From a virus, in IMG/VR virus record IMGVR_UViG_3300005841_000936, positions 1 through 64,000 of that record: a stretch of 64,000 nucleotides of DNA; one strand, 5' to 3'. Below the pieces are notes generated by a model. The model had not been told where the DNA came from. It worked only from the letters and a program-made list of their open reading frames with translations, and ran no database searches. Position numbers and translations under genes: made by a program. Below are positions 30,656-40,588 of the stretch, in pieces. Position 1 is the stretch's first letter, and each line of letters begins with the position of its first letter.

Positions 30656-31060
30656 TTAGAGGTATTCGACGACGACAAAGTCGGTACCGACCTCGACGCA
30701 ACGGTTATGCTTGGGCTCGGTCTGGGTCGTGCCCAGTTTGACTTCACCGGCCACGGCCGACCCGGTCACGACCGCACCAAGGACGATCGAGTGACCGATC
30801 GCGGCAGGGAGCTTTTCTTTGAAGCGGCGCTGAACGGCGCCAACCTTGCCCATGCCCTGCTGAGTGCGATCTTCGTATGACCACAGTCGGCCAAGAACGA
30901 CATCGTTGTCCGCAGTCAGCTTGAACTTGTTAGGCCCGCTGGTGTCGATCGTCAGCGCCTTACCTACGTCGGCCTCAACGATTGCAGCATTGAGATTGTA
31001 GGTGAAGATGTGGCTGTCGATCGGAAAACCGTAAGAGACAACCGAATTGGGGAATGCCAT
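30656..31060 (-). CDS. Head decoration protein
   Basis: 134 aa, beta-rich; between protease/scaffold and capsid genes. Confidence 0.6.
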   Translation of the reverse strand: MAFPNSVVSYGFPIDSHIFTYNLNAAIVEADVGKALTIDTSGPNKFKLTADNDVVLGRLWSYEDRTQQGMGKVGAVQRRFKEKLPAAIGHSIVLGAVVTGSAVAGEVKLGTTQTEPKHNRCVEVGTDFVVVEYL

Positions 31061-31081
31061 GATCTATTCCTTCGCGGCGGG

Positions 31082-32242
31082 TTAGCGGGTGGAGACTTTG
31101 AAGGCAGAGAGCGCGACGGCGCTCGGCTTTGCATCGTCGGTGGCGGGAGCAGCGGTGGTGACACCGCCAACAGGGAGGATCGCGGTCAGACCAGCGGTCT
31201 TCGCATCGATCGCGGCGGTGAGCTCGGCGACAGTCTTCGGGAGCTCAGCGGGAACTTCCGTACCCGTTGCCGTATGAAGCTTGGTCAGCACGCTCGAGAG
31301 ATAAACGATCGCGGCATCGGCCTCGTCCGTCTTGTTGCTCTTGTTTGCATCAACAAGCGCCTGGTTCGCAGTGTTCAGCTCAGCGGTAAGCTCACTCACC
31401 CGAGTCTCGGCGGCAGTGACTTTCGCAGCCGATGCTTCGAGAGCCGCAGCATGCGCAGTGGCCGCAGCCTCGAGAACACCAACCTTCGTGCCTGCGGCAA
31501 TTAGGTCAGCGGTCAGTTTGTTGGTGTCGATCGTCACAATGTTCTCTCCTCGGGAAGCCTGGACGACCAGGCCATCAATCTCGAAACCCCGAGCAGCGAG
31601 ACGCTGCGCGGAAGCAGGAGCGAGCTTTGATCCGGATCGACCGATAATTTTAGGACCGTCTGCTGCACCGCGGGCAACCAGACTTACCTCGATCAGCTGA
31701 GAAAGGCCGACCATGCGGAGATGAACACCGTCGCTGCCGATCTCGTGACCGTTGGAGCATGTGCGAGAATACAGGTTTTCAGAAGTGGCCTCTTCGCCAA
31801 GGTAGTCGAACTCACACTCGGAGCAGAGATACTGGGTAGGCAAGAACGAGATCGACACCTCGTCAAGCGAGCCCGCATCGATCTTGGTCGCAAGCTTCTC
31901 CTCGGTAGGATCCAAGTAGAAGAGAGTGCGAAGTTCAACGTCCCCCTCTTCGTCATAATTGACTGCACCGTGAAAAATTCGACCATGTGGTTGGTCGTCG
32001 CCAAAAACGTGATTAGAAATCAGTGGGACGTGACCACCGTTGTTAATACGATCACCGATCTGCTGAAGAGTCAGGGGCGAAGCCACGGCCCCTTCCCAAA
32101 TTGTACCGTTCTTCCCAATCAGGGGCTTGCTATTGAGCGTGATCGCCTCAAAAACGGCAAAGCCATCGCTGACTTCGACATCGGCGCCAACAGCACCTTT
32201 AATCATCGCGATCAGTTGTGGGGTAAGTTCAAGCCGCTTCAT
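31082..32242 (-). CDS. Prohead protease plus scaffold
   Basis: H...GRIF, EVSISF, CSEC...CSNGH, EVSLVARGA; Ala-rich coiled-coil C-terminus. Confidence 0.8.
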   Translation of the reverse strand: MKRLELTPQLIAMIKGAVGADVEVSDGFAVFEAITLNSKPLIGKNGTIWEGAVASPLTLQQIGDRINNGGHVPLISNHVFGDDQPHGRIFHGAVNYDEEGDVELRTLFYLDPTEEKLATKIDAGSLDEVSISFLPTQYLCSECEFDYLGEEATSENLYSRTCSNGHEIGSDGVHLRMVGLSQLIEVSLVARGAADGPKIIGRSGSKLAPASAQRLAARGFEIDGLVVQASRGENIVTIDTNKLTADLIAAGTKVGVLEAAATAHAAALEASAAKVTAAETRVSELTAELNTANQALVDANKSNKTDEADAAIVYLSSVLTKLHTATGTEVPAELPKTVAELTAAIDAKTAGLTAILPVGGVTTAAPATDDAKPSAVALSAFKVSTR

Positions 32243-32299
32243 AAAGTCGAAGTAGGCGGCGAGACTCTTAGGATGCGAGGGAGGACCGGATCACCGGGG

Positions 32300-32944
32300 T
32301 CAACCAGGGATAGTACCCACCCTGAAGTCGATCATTGGCATCGCAGCTGTCCCCGCGGCGAAAGTCGCACTGGTCAGATCCGGCCAAGTGCCGTAAGTCT
32401 GCGTGACATTAAGACACGTCAGGCCACCCGACGCTGAAGGGTTGATGTCGGCATGCGTCGCTGAGCCTATAAGACCCGCCACACCTTTGGCGCCTGCGTT
32501 GATGCCTTGGAAAACAGCCGTTGCCGTGTCCTGGTTAAGGGCACCCCAATAGACACCGGCAGGAAGCACAACCGTCGTATCAATCGGCGCGACGTCGACC
32601 AAGGCCACTGCTGTCGTTGAACCCGCGGCGGTGGAGATGAGCGCGTTCCCTGTCGGCATTCGGGTAATCGGGTCGGCGGCATAGACAGCGAGCTGGAAAT
32701 GCTGACCGCTGTGCAACGTGTTGACCCTGACTCCCATCATGTCAATCGTGATCGGTTCAACAATAATGAACGGATATAGCTTGATGAGATTTACAGCCAA
32801 TGCGGTGCCCGCTGCTGCTTGTGTGTTAGGGCTCGTGCTGTACCAGCGCCCCGCGACATAGCCAGGGTGGATGAGATTGAACAAGCTGTTCAACTTACCG
32901 CGAACAACAGCCTTGGTGTTGCCTATAACGATGGCTTGGCTCAT
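32300..32944 (-). CDS. Hypothetical virion protein
   Basis: Start MSQAIVIG; beta-rich, LAVYAAD...PTG...LPAGVYW. Confidence 0.6.
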   Translation of the reverse strand: MSQAIVIGNTKAVVRGKLNSLFNLIHPGYVAGRWYSTSPNTQAAAGTALAVNLIKLYPFIIVEPITIDMMGVRVNTLHSGQHFQLAVYAADPITRMPTGNALISTAAGSTTAVALVDVAPIDTTVVLPAGVYWGALNQDTATAVFQGINAGAKGVAGLIGSATHADINPSASGGLTCLNVTQTYGTWPDLTSATFAAGTAAMPMIDFRVGTIPG

Positions 32945-32954
32945 GACATATCCC

Positions 32955-34484
32955 TCACAAAAATGCAGCTTCGATAGCGGCCTTGTCGAGTTCCGCCTGG
33001 ATTGCTTGGCCAACACTATTCAAATGGACGCTGTCGGCATTGAAGTATGTAGTGTTCGTCGGATCCATCAGGCGAGCATCACTGGCCCGATCAGAGACAA
33101 CGTAACCGTGTGCTGCGGCGCCATCGCGAACGAGCTGGTTATATTTAAGAAGCGCGGTCAATTTCCAATTGGTGGTTGTGTCGAATGCCAGCCGGCCGAA
33201 CACCGTCGGGACGACAACACCGTGGAAACCATTTGCCAGTCCCCAAGCAACGAACGGAAGGGTAGTGGCATTGTAAAAGGCTTCGACCGTAGTCTCAGCA
33301 TTGCCGGCACTGGTGTAGGTCGCAGCATAGATGTCATTTGATCCACCCGCGATCACCAAGACATTAGGCACACCAGGCCTGATCGACAGCAGCTCAACAT
33401 TAGTGCGCGCACCATATTCCGTGACCATCTGCTGACCTCCGCGCCCGCAATTCACAACCGATGTATTTGGCGCAAAATCTTGCATGCTCGGAACGGTTCG
33501 GTTGTATGTTGCGCCCGTGCCGGTGACCAGGCTATCACCCCCATAAACAACATTGCGCGTGACAGTGGCAACTCGGACAGGAAACACGGTTGCAGCCCAA
33601 GCATCCATCGCCGCGATGTCGGCATCACTCGGCGCCGACGAAAAGATGACCGTGGACCAGTTGGAGTGGAGCGATGAACCCTCCGTCGCACCGTATGTAA
33701 TCGCAGCGGCGGCGCGGGCTGTTAGAGTTGTCTTGACACCATTTACAAATACAGCTTCACTCGCAACCTTACCCACATAAGCAAGGCCTTGAACCTCGTC
33801 AGTCGGTAGCACGTTCGTGAACTGACGAGAAAGGCCAGTGGCCTCCGTGACAATGCACCGGGTCTCGGCAAGAGACACCCCTGCCCCGGTGCCTGCTGCA
33901 TCCAGAAAGGTGAAGAATGGATCGATTGAATTCGCCAGGCGCATTGTGTTGACCTGGTGAACGCCAAAGTTAGTGCGATCGAGACCAGCGATTGCTGGAA
34001 TCTCCATATACTTCTTCTCAACGCGATCCGGATAAAAATCATGCAGCATCGGGCGGAATGCGCCTACAGCTCCTAGCGGATTAAAAGCCGGGCGACGTGC
34101 CGCGGTAGCCTGCACCTCGTGCCGACGATTACCGCTCTGATCATAGCGAATATCGATGGTCGCGGTGGATGCTCCGATCCAAACATCAATCACCGCATAA
34201 TCCGGCCACTGCTTCCCCGTCTGAGGATAGACGTCAAGCGTTGCGCTGTCAGAAGCTCGCACCAGGCGGAATAGTGGGCCATCGTAGGTGCCAACAATCA
34301 ATGCCATCCCGTAGACCGCGGCTTTGGAGGCGGACGTATAAGGGAGAAATGTAGCGGGGCCTTCCCAGACACCGATGTCATCCCAGACACCGATGTCATC
34401 CCAGACATCAGATTCCACCAAACCGCGTGTGGCTTTCGTACGCTGTTTGGCAAGCGCCGAAGGTGTCTGCGGCCCGAGCCGCAT
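32955..34484 (-). CDS. Virion protein: lectin/ArabFuran-like N-domain plus SGNH/GDSL esterase
   Basis: GDSL, G, GGSND and DSVHLN SGNH blocks; YDGPLFRLVRASD...YDQSGN N-domain. Confidence 0.8.
   Translation of the reverse strand: MRLGPQTPSALAKQRTKATRGLVESDVWDDIGVWDDIGVWEGPATFLPYTSASKAAVYGMALIVGTYDGPLFRLVRASDSATLDVYPQTGKQWPDYAVIDVWIGASTATIDIRYDQSGNRRHEVQATAARRPAFNPLGAVGAFRPMLHDFYPDRVEKKYMEIPAIAGLDRTNFGVHQVNTMRLANSIDPFFTFLDAAGTGAGVSLAETRCIVTEATGLSRQFTNVLPTDEVQGLAYVGKVASEAVFVNGVKTTLTARAAAAITYGATEGSSLHSNWSTVIFSSAPSDADIAAMDAWAATVFPVRVATVTRNVVYGGDSLVTGTGATYNRTVPSMQDFAPNTSVVNCGRGGQQMVTEYGARTNVELLSIRPGVPNVLVIAGGSNDIYAATYTSAGNAETTVEAFYNATTLPFVAWGLANGFHGVVVPTVFGRLAFDTTTNWKLTALLKYNQLVRDGAAAHGYVVSDRASDARLMDPTNTTYFNADSVHLNSVGQAIQAELDKAAIEAAFL
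34363..34407. repeat. 18-bp tandem repeat x2.5 (encodes VWDDIG)
   Basis: TCCCAGACACCGATGTCA at 34363 and 34381, partial copy at 34399. Confidence 0.9.
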
Positions 34485-34485
34485 T

Positions 34486-34827
34486 TTAACGTACCTTAAG
34501 CGGGGTGCATCGAACGGTGGCAGAAGCCCCCAGCGAGAGCGCCTTAACAGCCACACCGGCTGTCACAGGAATAACTTCAGGCTGGTTTGCGAAGATTTTG
34601 ATGGCTGTGCCGTTGTCAACCGCCGCAGCACCGATCGTGTTCACCACAATATCGATGTCAGTCGATATACGTGCATACTTGCAACCCGCCGGTGGGGTGA
34701 GCACCGTTGTGTTGGTGGTTACAGCAGTTTTCGTGCCGTTGACGTGGTCGAAAATAGGATCCTGGTCGGCCGGAGCGATGCCCGCGGTCGGCAGGGGATT
34801 TGCTGTGCTGATATCTTCGATACGCAT
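34486..34827 (-). CDS. Small hypothetical virion protein
   Basis: 113 aa, beta-rich; tightly packed in the operon. Confidence 0.6.
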   Translation of the reverse strand: MRIEDISTANPLPTAGIAPADQDPIFDHVNGTKTAVTTNTTVLTPPAGCKYARISTDIDIVVNTIGAAAVDNGTAIKIFANQPEVIPVTAGVAVKALSLGASATVRCTPLKVR

Positions 34828-34891
34828 AGAGTGTCCTATGCGCGTCGCGACTTGCTATGCGAGGCTCGTCCTCATCACCGCCGTCAACCGG

Positions 34892-37153
34892 CTAAATGTG
34901 ACCACCATCATCATAGATCGCCGCCGTGGCGCTATTACCTCCACCTGCCAGGACAACCTGCTTGCCGGTATTGTTGGCCGTCGAGTAGTCTAGGAACACT
35001 CTCTTGCCGCCTGTGCCTGCTCCGCGCTTGTCCTCGAATTTCCAAGGCATGGCACACTCGAAGTCTGAAACTTTGGCTTCCGTAAACGTGCCCGCCGCAG
35101 AAGTTACCTTGAGCAGTGAGAGAGTGCAGCCAGGGGTGAAATCATTCAGAATGCGAACACCCTTAAGGTGGAAACCCTTAAGGTTACAGTCCGGTGCATT
35201 CTGATCGGCATTACTCGGGTCAACGGTAGCCACGGTGTTGCCGATCGTGAAGCCGTTAAGCGCCGCGGCGCCCCCATTCGGGATCCAATTGTTGATCGTC
35301 AATCCATCGACGACAAAGCCATCCCAATCACTTCCGTGAGCCATCAGCTCCGGGGCGCGGAAATTGTTCAGGATATTGTTCGCAATCCGGAGGACCCGGC
35401 CGCGCGCGGCCGACGGGTTTGTCTTCGCGAAACGCTGCGTCAGGCCCTCGAAATAGTTGTCACAGATATTCACGTAATCGTTCTGGATCCACACGCCTGT
35501 GCTATTGGCGAACACGCCAGTGTAGATCGTATTCAAGATAAAGTTGTCCGAAATGATCGAAGCGTAAGATGAACCAGGGCCACCAGAATATCCGCCGTCA
35601 AAATTAAGGAAGTAACCGCGCGATTGAGGCGTAAGATCGCCGTTGTCTCCCATCCAGCCAAGGGAACCCCCGCCCTTGGTGCAAATCATAGCCTGATTAC
35701 CGGCGCAATGTTGAACGCGATTACCCTGAATGCTCAGGCGTCCAGCCTTACCATAGATTGGTTCGATATTGCCGACCGATGCACCGCTCTCCTTGTAAGC
35801 CGCGGTGATCTGGACACCAACGCCGGGAGGGGTCGCGAAGCACAGCATGAACTGCTTGGTGTTGTAATCAATCCAGCAGGCATAGTCGTGGCCAGTGAGG
35901 GCTACGGCAGTTCCCGTCGCGCTCGCGGCCAGCGACAAAGTGACTGTGTCGGCAGTATGATCAATGGCCGTCACGTACGCATTCGCAGGAATGCCGGTGC
36001 CAGTCACGGACGCGCCAACATAAAGGGCATGGGTGTCAACGACGCCCGTTAGAACAGCCGACGATGCCGTTGTGTTGGCGGTGAAGGCCACCGCCGACAG
36101 CTGGTCAAGCAAACCTGTACCTTGGATCAGCTGAACGCCTGGTCGATACCATGCGTGGTCCGCGTCATCGGCAACTACGCCAGTGCCTGTGACAGTGAGA
36201 CTGTCAAGCAGAGGCAAATATGTCAGCGAGCCAGTAAATACCGTCGTCTCACCGTCACCGGTGACGATAACCTCGGAGCGAGCGGTACCGTAATGCTGAA
36301 GCACTTTCTCGACAAAGTTGTCGTGGATCGATGCCGACTTCGCATTAACCTCAATGCCATAGTTTCCGACCGAGCCTGGGTTGGACAAAGGCCGAACATT
36401 GCGAACATCGTTGTCATGGATATCAAGATGACCGAGCATATCAGGCCGCTGCCCGTTACCAGGGTTAGCTACATAGCCCCACACGATCCCGCCGAAACCG
36501 CCTCGGATACCCGCAAGGCCGCAATCGATATCGTTGCCGCTGATCTGTGCGTAATTCCAACGCGCTGCTTGAGCGCGGCACAAGCCACCACGATTTCGAA
36601 CGACATTGTTCTTGAGAATGACCCGCTTCATGATTTTGTCGTAGGTCGGGTTCGCGGTTGAAGCGGCAAATCCACATTCCCAATTGGTCATGCGGCAGTT
36701 CTCGATCACAATGCGATCGACATCCTCTTCCATGAGGCTGGTGTAAACGAGATATTTTCCGTTAGTGGCGATGCCCGGCAGACCAAAATTCTCAAAGTGA
36801 ATTCCTGAAGCGTACAAGGAACCACTGCGAGCATTGAGACAGGCATTGGCCGGGACAGTGGCGTTGGAAAACAGCAATCGAGTCTTACCAGGAACACCCG
36901 TGATAACGACGGGGGCTGAGAGCAGCGCGGTCATGGCGACGAGCGACCGGATATCGTAGTCGTAAGGTCCAAAATGAACATAGCCACCGCTGGTCAGCAA
37001 TGCCTGCCACGCCGCCGTGTTGGTCACTACATCCGCCGGATTAGCCAGGCCGGCCGTGAAACCGGCCGCTTCCGCTGTCTCGACCAGCAGCAGATTCACC
37101 GCGGCGCGCAGTTCACCGTATTGATGGTCTTCAGCAACGAGGGGATTCGACAT
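34892..37153 (-). CDS. Parallel beta-helix spike / putative depolymerase
   Basis: N..AWQALL..GG.VHF, ITGV, repeated I.NN/I.GN/IHDN rungs. Confidence 0.7.
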   Translation of the reverse strand: MSNPLVAEDHQYGELRAAVNLLLVETAEAAGFTAGLANPADVVTNTAAWQALLTSGGYVHFGPYDYDIRSLVAMTALLSAPVVITGVPGKTRLLFSNATVPANACLNARSGSLYASGIHFENFGLPGIATNGKYLVYTSLMEEDVDRIVIENCRMTNWECGFAASTANPTYDKIMKRVILKNNVVRNRGGLCRAQAARWNYAQISGNDIDCGLAGIRGGFGGIVWGYVANPGNGQRPDMLGHLDIHDNDVRNVRPLSNPGSVGNYGIEVNAKSASIHDNFVEKVLQHYGTARSEVIVTGDGETTVFTGSLTYLPLLDSLTVTGTGVVADDADHAWYRPGVQLIQGTGLLDQLSAVAFTANTTASSAVLTGVVDTHALYVGASVTGTGIPANAYVTAIDHTADTVTLSLAASATGTAVALTGHDYACWIDYNTKQFMLCFATPPGVGVQITAAYKESGASVGNIEPIYGKAGRLSIQGNRVQHCAGNQAMICTKGGGSLGWMGDNGDLTPQSRGYFLNFDGGYSGGPGSSYASIISDNFILNTIYTGVFANSTGVWIQNDYVNICDNYFEGLTQRFAKTNPSAARGRVLRIANNILNNFRAPELMAHGSDWDGFVVDGLTINNWIPNGGAAALNGFTIGNTVATVDPSNADQNAPDCNLKGFHLKGVRILNDFTPGCTLSLLKVTSAAGTFTEAKVSDFECAMPWKFEDKRGAGTGGKRVFLDYSTANNTGKQVVLAGGGNSATAAIYDDGGHI

Positions 37154-37164
37154 TCAGCGGTCCT

Positions 37165-38799
37165 TTAAGGCATCACGGCAATGTCAGGGATGACCGTCGC
37201 ATCGGCTATGTTGCCAGTGTAATCGGCTCCACCACCACCACCCGGGGCCGTGACGGGGGCATTGTTCAAAACGAGAAGAATGTTGTCGTGCTCCTGGGTC
37301 GTCAGCGAGCCCTTGATGAAGATCACCAAGGACACGTCACCGATCCATCGCTGCAATGGGTTGCCACTGCTAAGGTTGTCGGCGCCAATCCGGATCCGAT
37401 CGCCGGCCGTGTTAGTGACGAGCGTCGTGACAACCGGAGGCATTGCCGTGCCGTCATATTCGCCTTCGATCGAAGTGATGCCTGAAACTGCGGGAGGCCA
37501 ATGGCCCATGACCACATGCTTGCCAGCGTAAACCGAAGTGGCGTGAACTGGTCCACCCGAGCTGCGGGCCTGAAAACGTGACACGCCACTCAGATTGACC
37601 TTCTGCAGCGCCCGATTGCTGGCGTTGGTTGATCCACCATAGGTTGCAAGCGCACGCGGTGCGGTGTCGACAGCGTCGAAGCTGGCCAGCGCGAAAATAT
37701 ATCCTTCCTCAGCGCCGAGCGCGAATTCCGACGTGATAGTCGCGATGCGCGAGAAATATTCAGTGCCGGTGAAGCGCACGGCGGCGTGACCATTAAGGTC
37801 GTCGAGCACAACAAGCGGAGATCCAATAGCGGTAAGAACAACGCCATGAATCGAATCCGTCCAAGTGGAGGCAACACCACTGCCGTTGCGAACCAGGAGA
37901 TCAGTGTCGTTAGCGTCGAACAGGACCATTCGCGAACCGAGGTCATCGATCAGATCCTCGATCGTGTAATCGGAAACTGGAGGCTGAACGTTGAAGGTGT
38001 ACGCCTTCTGCGCCGTGTCACCAAGCGCGTCAGTGGCGTGGATGATCCAGTTATAGATTTGCGCCGAAGTTGTCGTTCCCGACACACGGCCCGTTTCCGG
38101 GTCAAAGGTCGTGCCAGCCGGGATGGTGCCAGTGAGGCTGAAAACATAAGGGGCAGTGCCGCCTTGAACCTGGGGGACGAAAGAATAAATTCCGCCCACT
38201 ATTGTCGACACCGGCGGGACACCGCCCATGACCAAAGGTTCGGCCAGCACGGGTTGGTAGGCAACACGCATCCGCAGGATCAGCGACAGGCGCGTGATAC
38301 TGACCTCACTAGTCACATTGAAACGAAGAATGTCTCCCCGAGATAGCAGCGTGTCCCAACCGGTCAGATCATACGAAATGGCTTTGTCGTCCGCGGCGAT
38401 GCTAGGCGGAGGGGCAGTGCCTGTAATCGAGTTCTCGGCAGTTGGCGGATAGTTGGTAAAATCCGTCTTCCAGATGCTCACGATCGCCGAACCAACTGTG
38501 TTTCCCAGCAAGGTCCAGCCAGTCAGCTCACCGTCAAAAGCAATCTCGACATCAGTCTGCACACCCGAAGTAAGCGGCACGGTAATGTTGCGGATCTCAT
38601 CGACCCAGGTAGAGTCACCGTCAGTGGCAGACTGCTTCACCAGAAGCTGACCTTGATCGCCTCCCGCCATACCGGGGCCGGGATCGCCTTTGAAACCCCG
38701 CGGCCCTGTCAGCCCACCGCGCTGCAGTTCCACCGGTCGGCGCTCTGCTCGGGTCAACGCCACAGTCGTGGCCGGCCTTTGTAAGACGACGGTTGTCAC
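37165..38799 (-). CDS. Fibre protein: collagen-like, putative Ig and LamG-like domains
   Basis: GPRGFKGDPG; GGTAPYVFSL.GTIPAG...TGRVSGT Ig motif; LNGHAAVRF LamG-like. Confidence 0.7.
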   Translation of the reverse strand: MTTVVLQRPATTVALTRAERRPVELQRGGLTGPRGFKGDPGPGMAGGDQGQLLVKQSATDGDSTWVDEIRNITVPLTSGVQTDVEIAFDGELTGWTLLGNTVGSAIVSIWKTDFTNYPPTAENSITGTAPPPSIAADDKAISYDLTGWDTLLSRGDILRFNVTSEVSITRLSLILRMRVAYQPVLAEPLVMGGVPPVSTIVGGIYSFVPQVQGGTAPYVFSLTGTIPAGTTFDPETGRVSGTTTSAQIYNWIIHATDALGDTAQKAYTFNVQPPVSDYTIEDLIDDLGSRMVLFDANDTDLLVRNGSGVASTWTDSIHGVVLTAIGSPLVVLDDLNGHAAVRFTGTEYFSRIATITSEFALGAEEGYIFALASFDAVDTAPRALATYGGSTNASNRALQKVNLSGVSRFQARSSGGPVHATSVYAGKHVVMGHWPPAVSGITSIEGEYDGTAMPPVVTTLVTNTAGDRIRIGADNLSSGNPLQRWIGDVSLVIFIKGSLTTQEHDNILLVLNNAPVTAPGGGGGADYTGNIADATVIPDIAVMP

Positions 38800-39122
38800 C
38801 AGCCCCTCTTCCGAATGGTGCCTTCCCAGCGATCATCCTTTTTGCCACCCGTTTCATCCATCACGAGGAATGGTGTGGGAGTGGTCGACGAGAGATTGGC
38901 GACGTCGTTGATCGTCAAGACCAGCATAAGTCCGGTCGCGTTATTCGGGTCGGCCACCAGAGCTTTTCTCAAGCCAGGCATCTCGAAAAACCAGGTGTCG
39001 CCTGAGATATCGACGACGGTCCCGGCCATATCCTTGTCAACAACCGAAATCGTCAGACCGGTGCGGCTGTGAACATAGATGTTGCCGAGGACATCGACGT
39101 CAGGAGGATTGTTCTGGCTCAC
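38796..39122 (-). CDS. Hypothetical virion adaptor protein
   Basis: Coupled to both the portal and fibre genes. Confidence 0.55.
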   Translation of the reverse strand: MSQNNPPDVDVLGNIYVHSRTGLTISVVDKDMAGTVVDISGDTWFFEMPGLRKALVADPNNATGLMLVLTINDVANLSSTTPTPFLVMDETGGKKDDRWEGTIRKRGW

Positions 39123-40588
39123 TTGCTACCAGCCTTCGTACGGTTGCTCTTCGCCGATTTCCCGCCAGGGGAAGTCAACGACCGACCGTTGGTGTCCTGG
39201 TTCGGTGAAACACTGCTGACATCGACCCCAGCCGCGCCTGCGTCAGGCACCAGGAAGTTCGTGCCTGACAACTCCTCAGCACCTGCGGCGGGCGGGCGCC
39301 CGTACATTTCCATATGATATTCCACATCCGTGATCAGGCCGAGTGAAAGGTCCTGCTTCAGGCGCGCGGCCTTCATCGTGAAGTGGGGCTCGAGCTCGAG
39401 AGTTGGTCGAAGTTCGACTGGGCGGAACCGAGCTTCAACGCGCCCTTGATATCCAGCGAGGCGCGTGGCGAGGGTCAGGACCTGGGTATAAAGATTCGCA
39501 ACGCCACGGTTCAGTGCGTCCGCAGACATCGCAAATAGGCGAGCTTCTGTGCCGGCAGTGCCCCCGGTGTCGGACTTACCCACGACCGCCGGCATCACCT
39601 TCAGCGCTGACTGGTTCTGTGCATCGAGTACATCAATGATCTGCTGAATTTCCATGCCCGCGCCCGGGTTCTTGTCATTGATGATCTTAGCTTCAACCGA
39701 GGAGCTGTGGACGAAGGCCTGATCCGACCGAATATTTGCCATCGCTGAGGCGATATTACCAACCTCGGTCTCGACATGGGCCCGAAGCTTGGCCGGATCC
39801 GATCGAGTGGTGCTCGGTGCGTTGGCGGCAAGCACCTCCTCGAGGATCGAAACATCCATGCGCGGATATCCCACCACACGCATGATCCGGTACAACTCGT
39901 TGATCACCTCCTGACGCGCGGCGATCGCGTTGATCGCCGCTACGAACGGCGAGTAGGTGTACATATCCGTCGGGTTCTGATGGTAGTTCGACGTGAAAAA
40001 TGTCGGCACGTTGAGATCGATCTCAACGTTCGAACCGGCCGGCTTCTGGGCAGGAAGATACACGCCCGGAGCCGTCTCCTTCCAGATTAGCGTCGAAGTG
40101 TCGATCAGCCGAAGTTCGAACGGGGTATAAGTCTTGTCGAGAACCAGCTCGGCACCGATCGTACCACGCAGTAGGGCCATATAACGACAGTTCGTGCTCA
40201 ATGCGTCGAGCGTCGGCTTGTTCGAATAACCGAGCGTATAATCATTGGTCGTAGTGATCTGCTCGAGAAGACTCTGTGCCAGGCCAATGCCCTCAACATC
40301 GATCTGCCGATCGGGGCCGTAGGCGTAGATGTCGAGCTTCGCAGAACCTGCAATCGTCAAATATGAATGAACCGCGGCGGACACATCTGGATCGTGGTTG
40401 ACCAGATCATTGAGAAGCGTTCGGCTGTCGCCCGACTGTCGGCTTGAATAAATGTCCGTGAGATGCTGCCGATAAAGCGGCGCACGCAGGATTGGCTGCT
40501 TCGGGACGTAAGTAGGGGTGCTCGCCCGCCCGCCCTTTTGCTGCTTTCCCTTCGGTAGCAGGATCGTGAGTGGATTACCAAGCGCCAT
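39119..40588 (-). CDS. Portal protein
   Basis: 489 aa directly after the terminase; DPDVSAAV motif, helical. Confidence 0.75.
   Translation of the reverse strand: MALGNPLTILLPKGKQQKGGRASTPTYVPKQPILRAPLYRQHLTDIYSSRQSGDSRTLLNDLVNHDPDVSAAVHSYLTIAGSAKLDIYAYGPDRQIDVEGIGLAQSLLEQITTTNDYTLGYSNKPTLDALSTNCRYMALLRGTIGAELVLDKTYTPFELRLIDTSTLIWKETAPGVYLPAQKPAGSNVEIDLNVPTFFTSNYHQNPTDMYTYSPFVAAINAIAARQEVINELYRIMRVVGYPRMDVSILEEVLAANAPSTTRSDPAKLRAHVETEVGNIASAMANIRSDQAFVHSSSVEAKIINDKNPGAGMEIQQIIDVLDAQNQSALKVMPAVVGKSDTGGTAGTEARLFAMSADALNRGVANLYTQVLTLATRLAGYQGRVEARFRPVELRPTLELEPHFTMKAARLKQDLSLGLITDVEYHMEMYGRPPAAGAEELSGTNFLVPDAGAAGVDVSSVSPNQDTNGRSLTSPGGKSAKSNRTKAGSK

Noticed and set aside
29312-30880. 522-aa + strand ORF
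   Set aside because: Antisense shadow of the strongly codon-biased capsid and decoration genes; no motifs
34363-34407. CRISPR-like or DGR-like repeat
   Set aside because: No spacers, in-frame coding repeat, and no cas or reverse transcriptase gene
32270-34865. Shared CCTCGCAT upstream of two - strand genes (near 32273 and 34855)
   Set aside because: Only 8 bp in two copies; too weak to call a promoter
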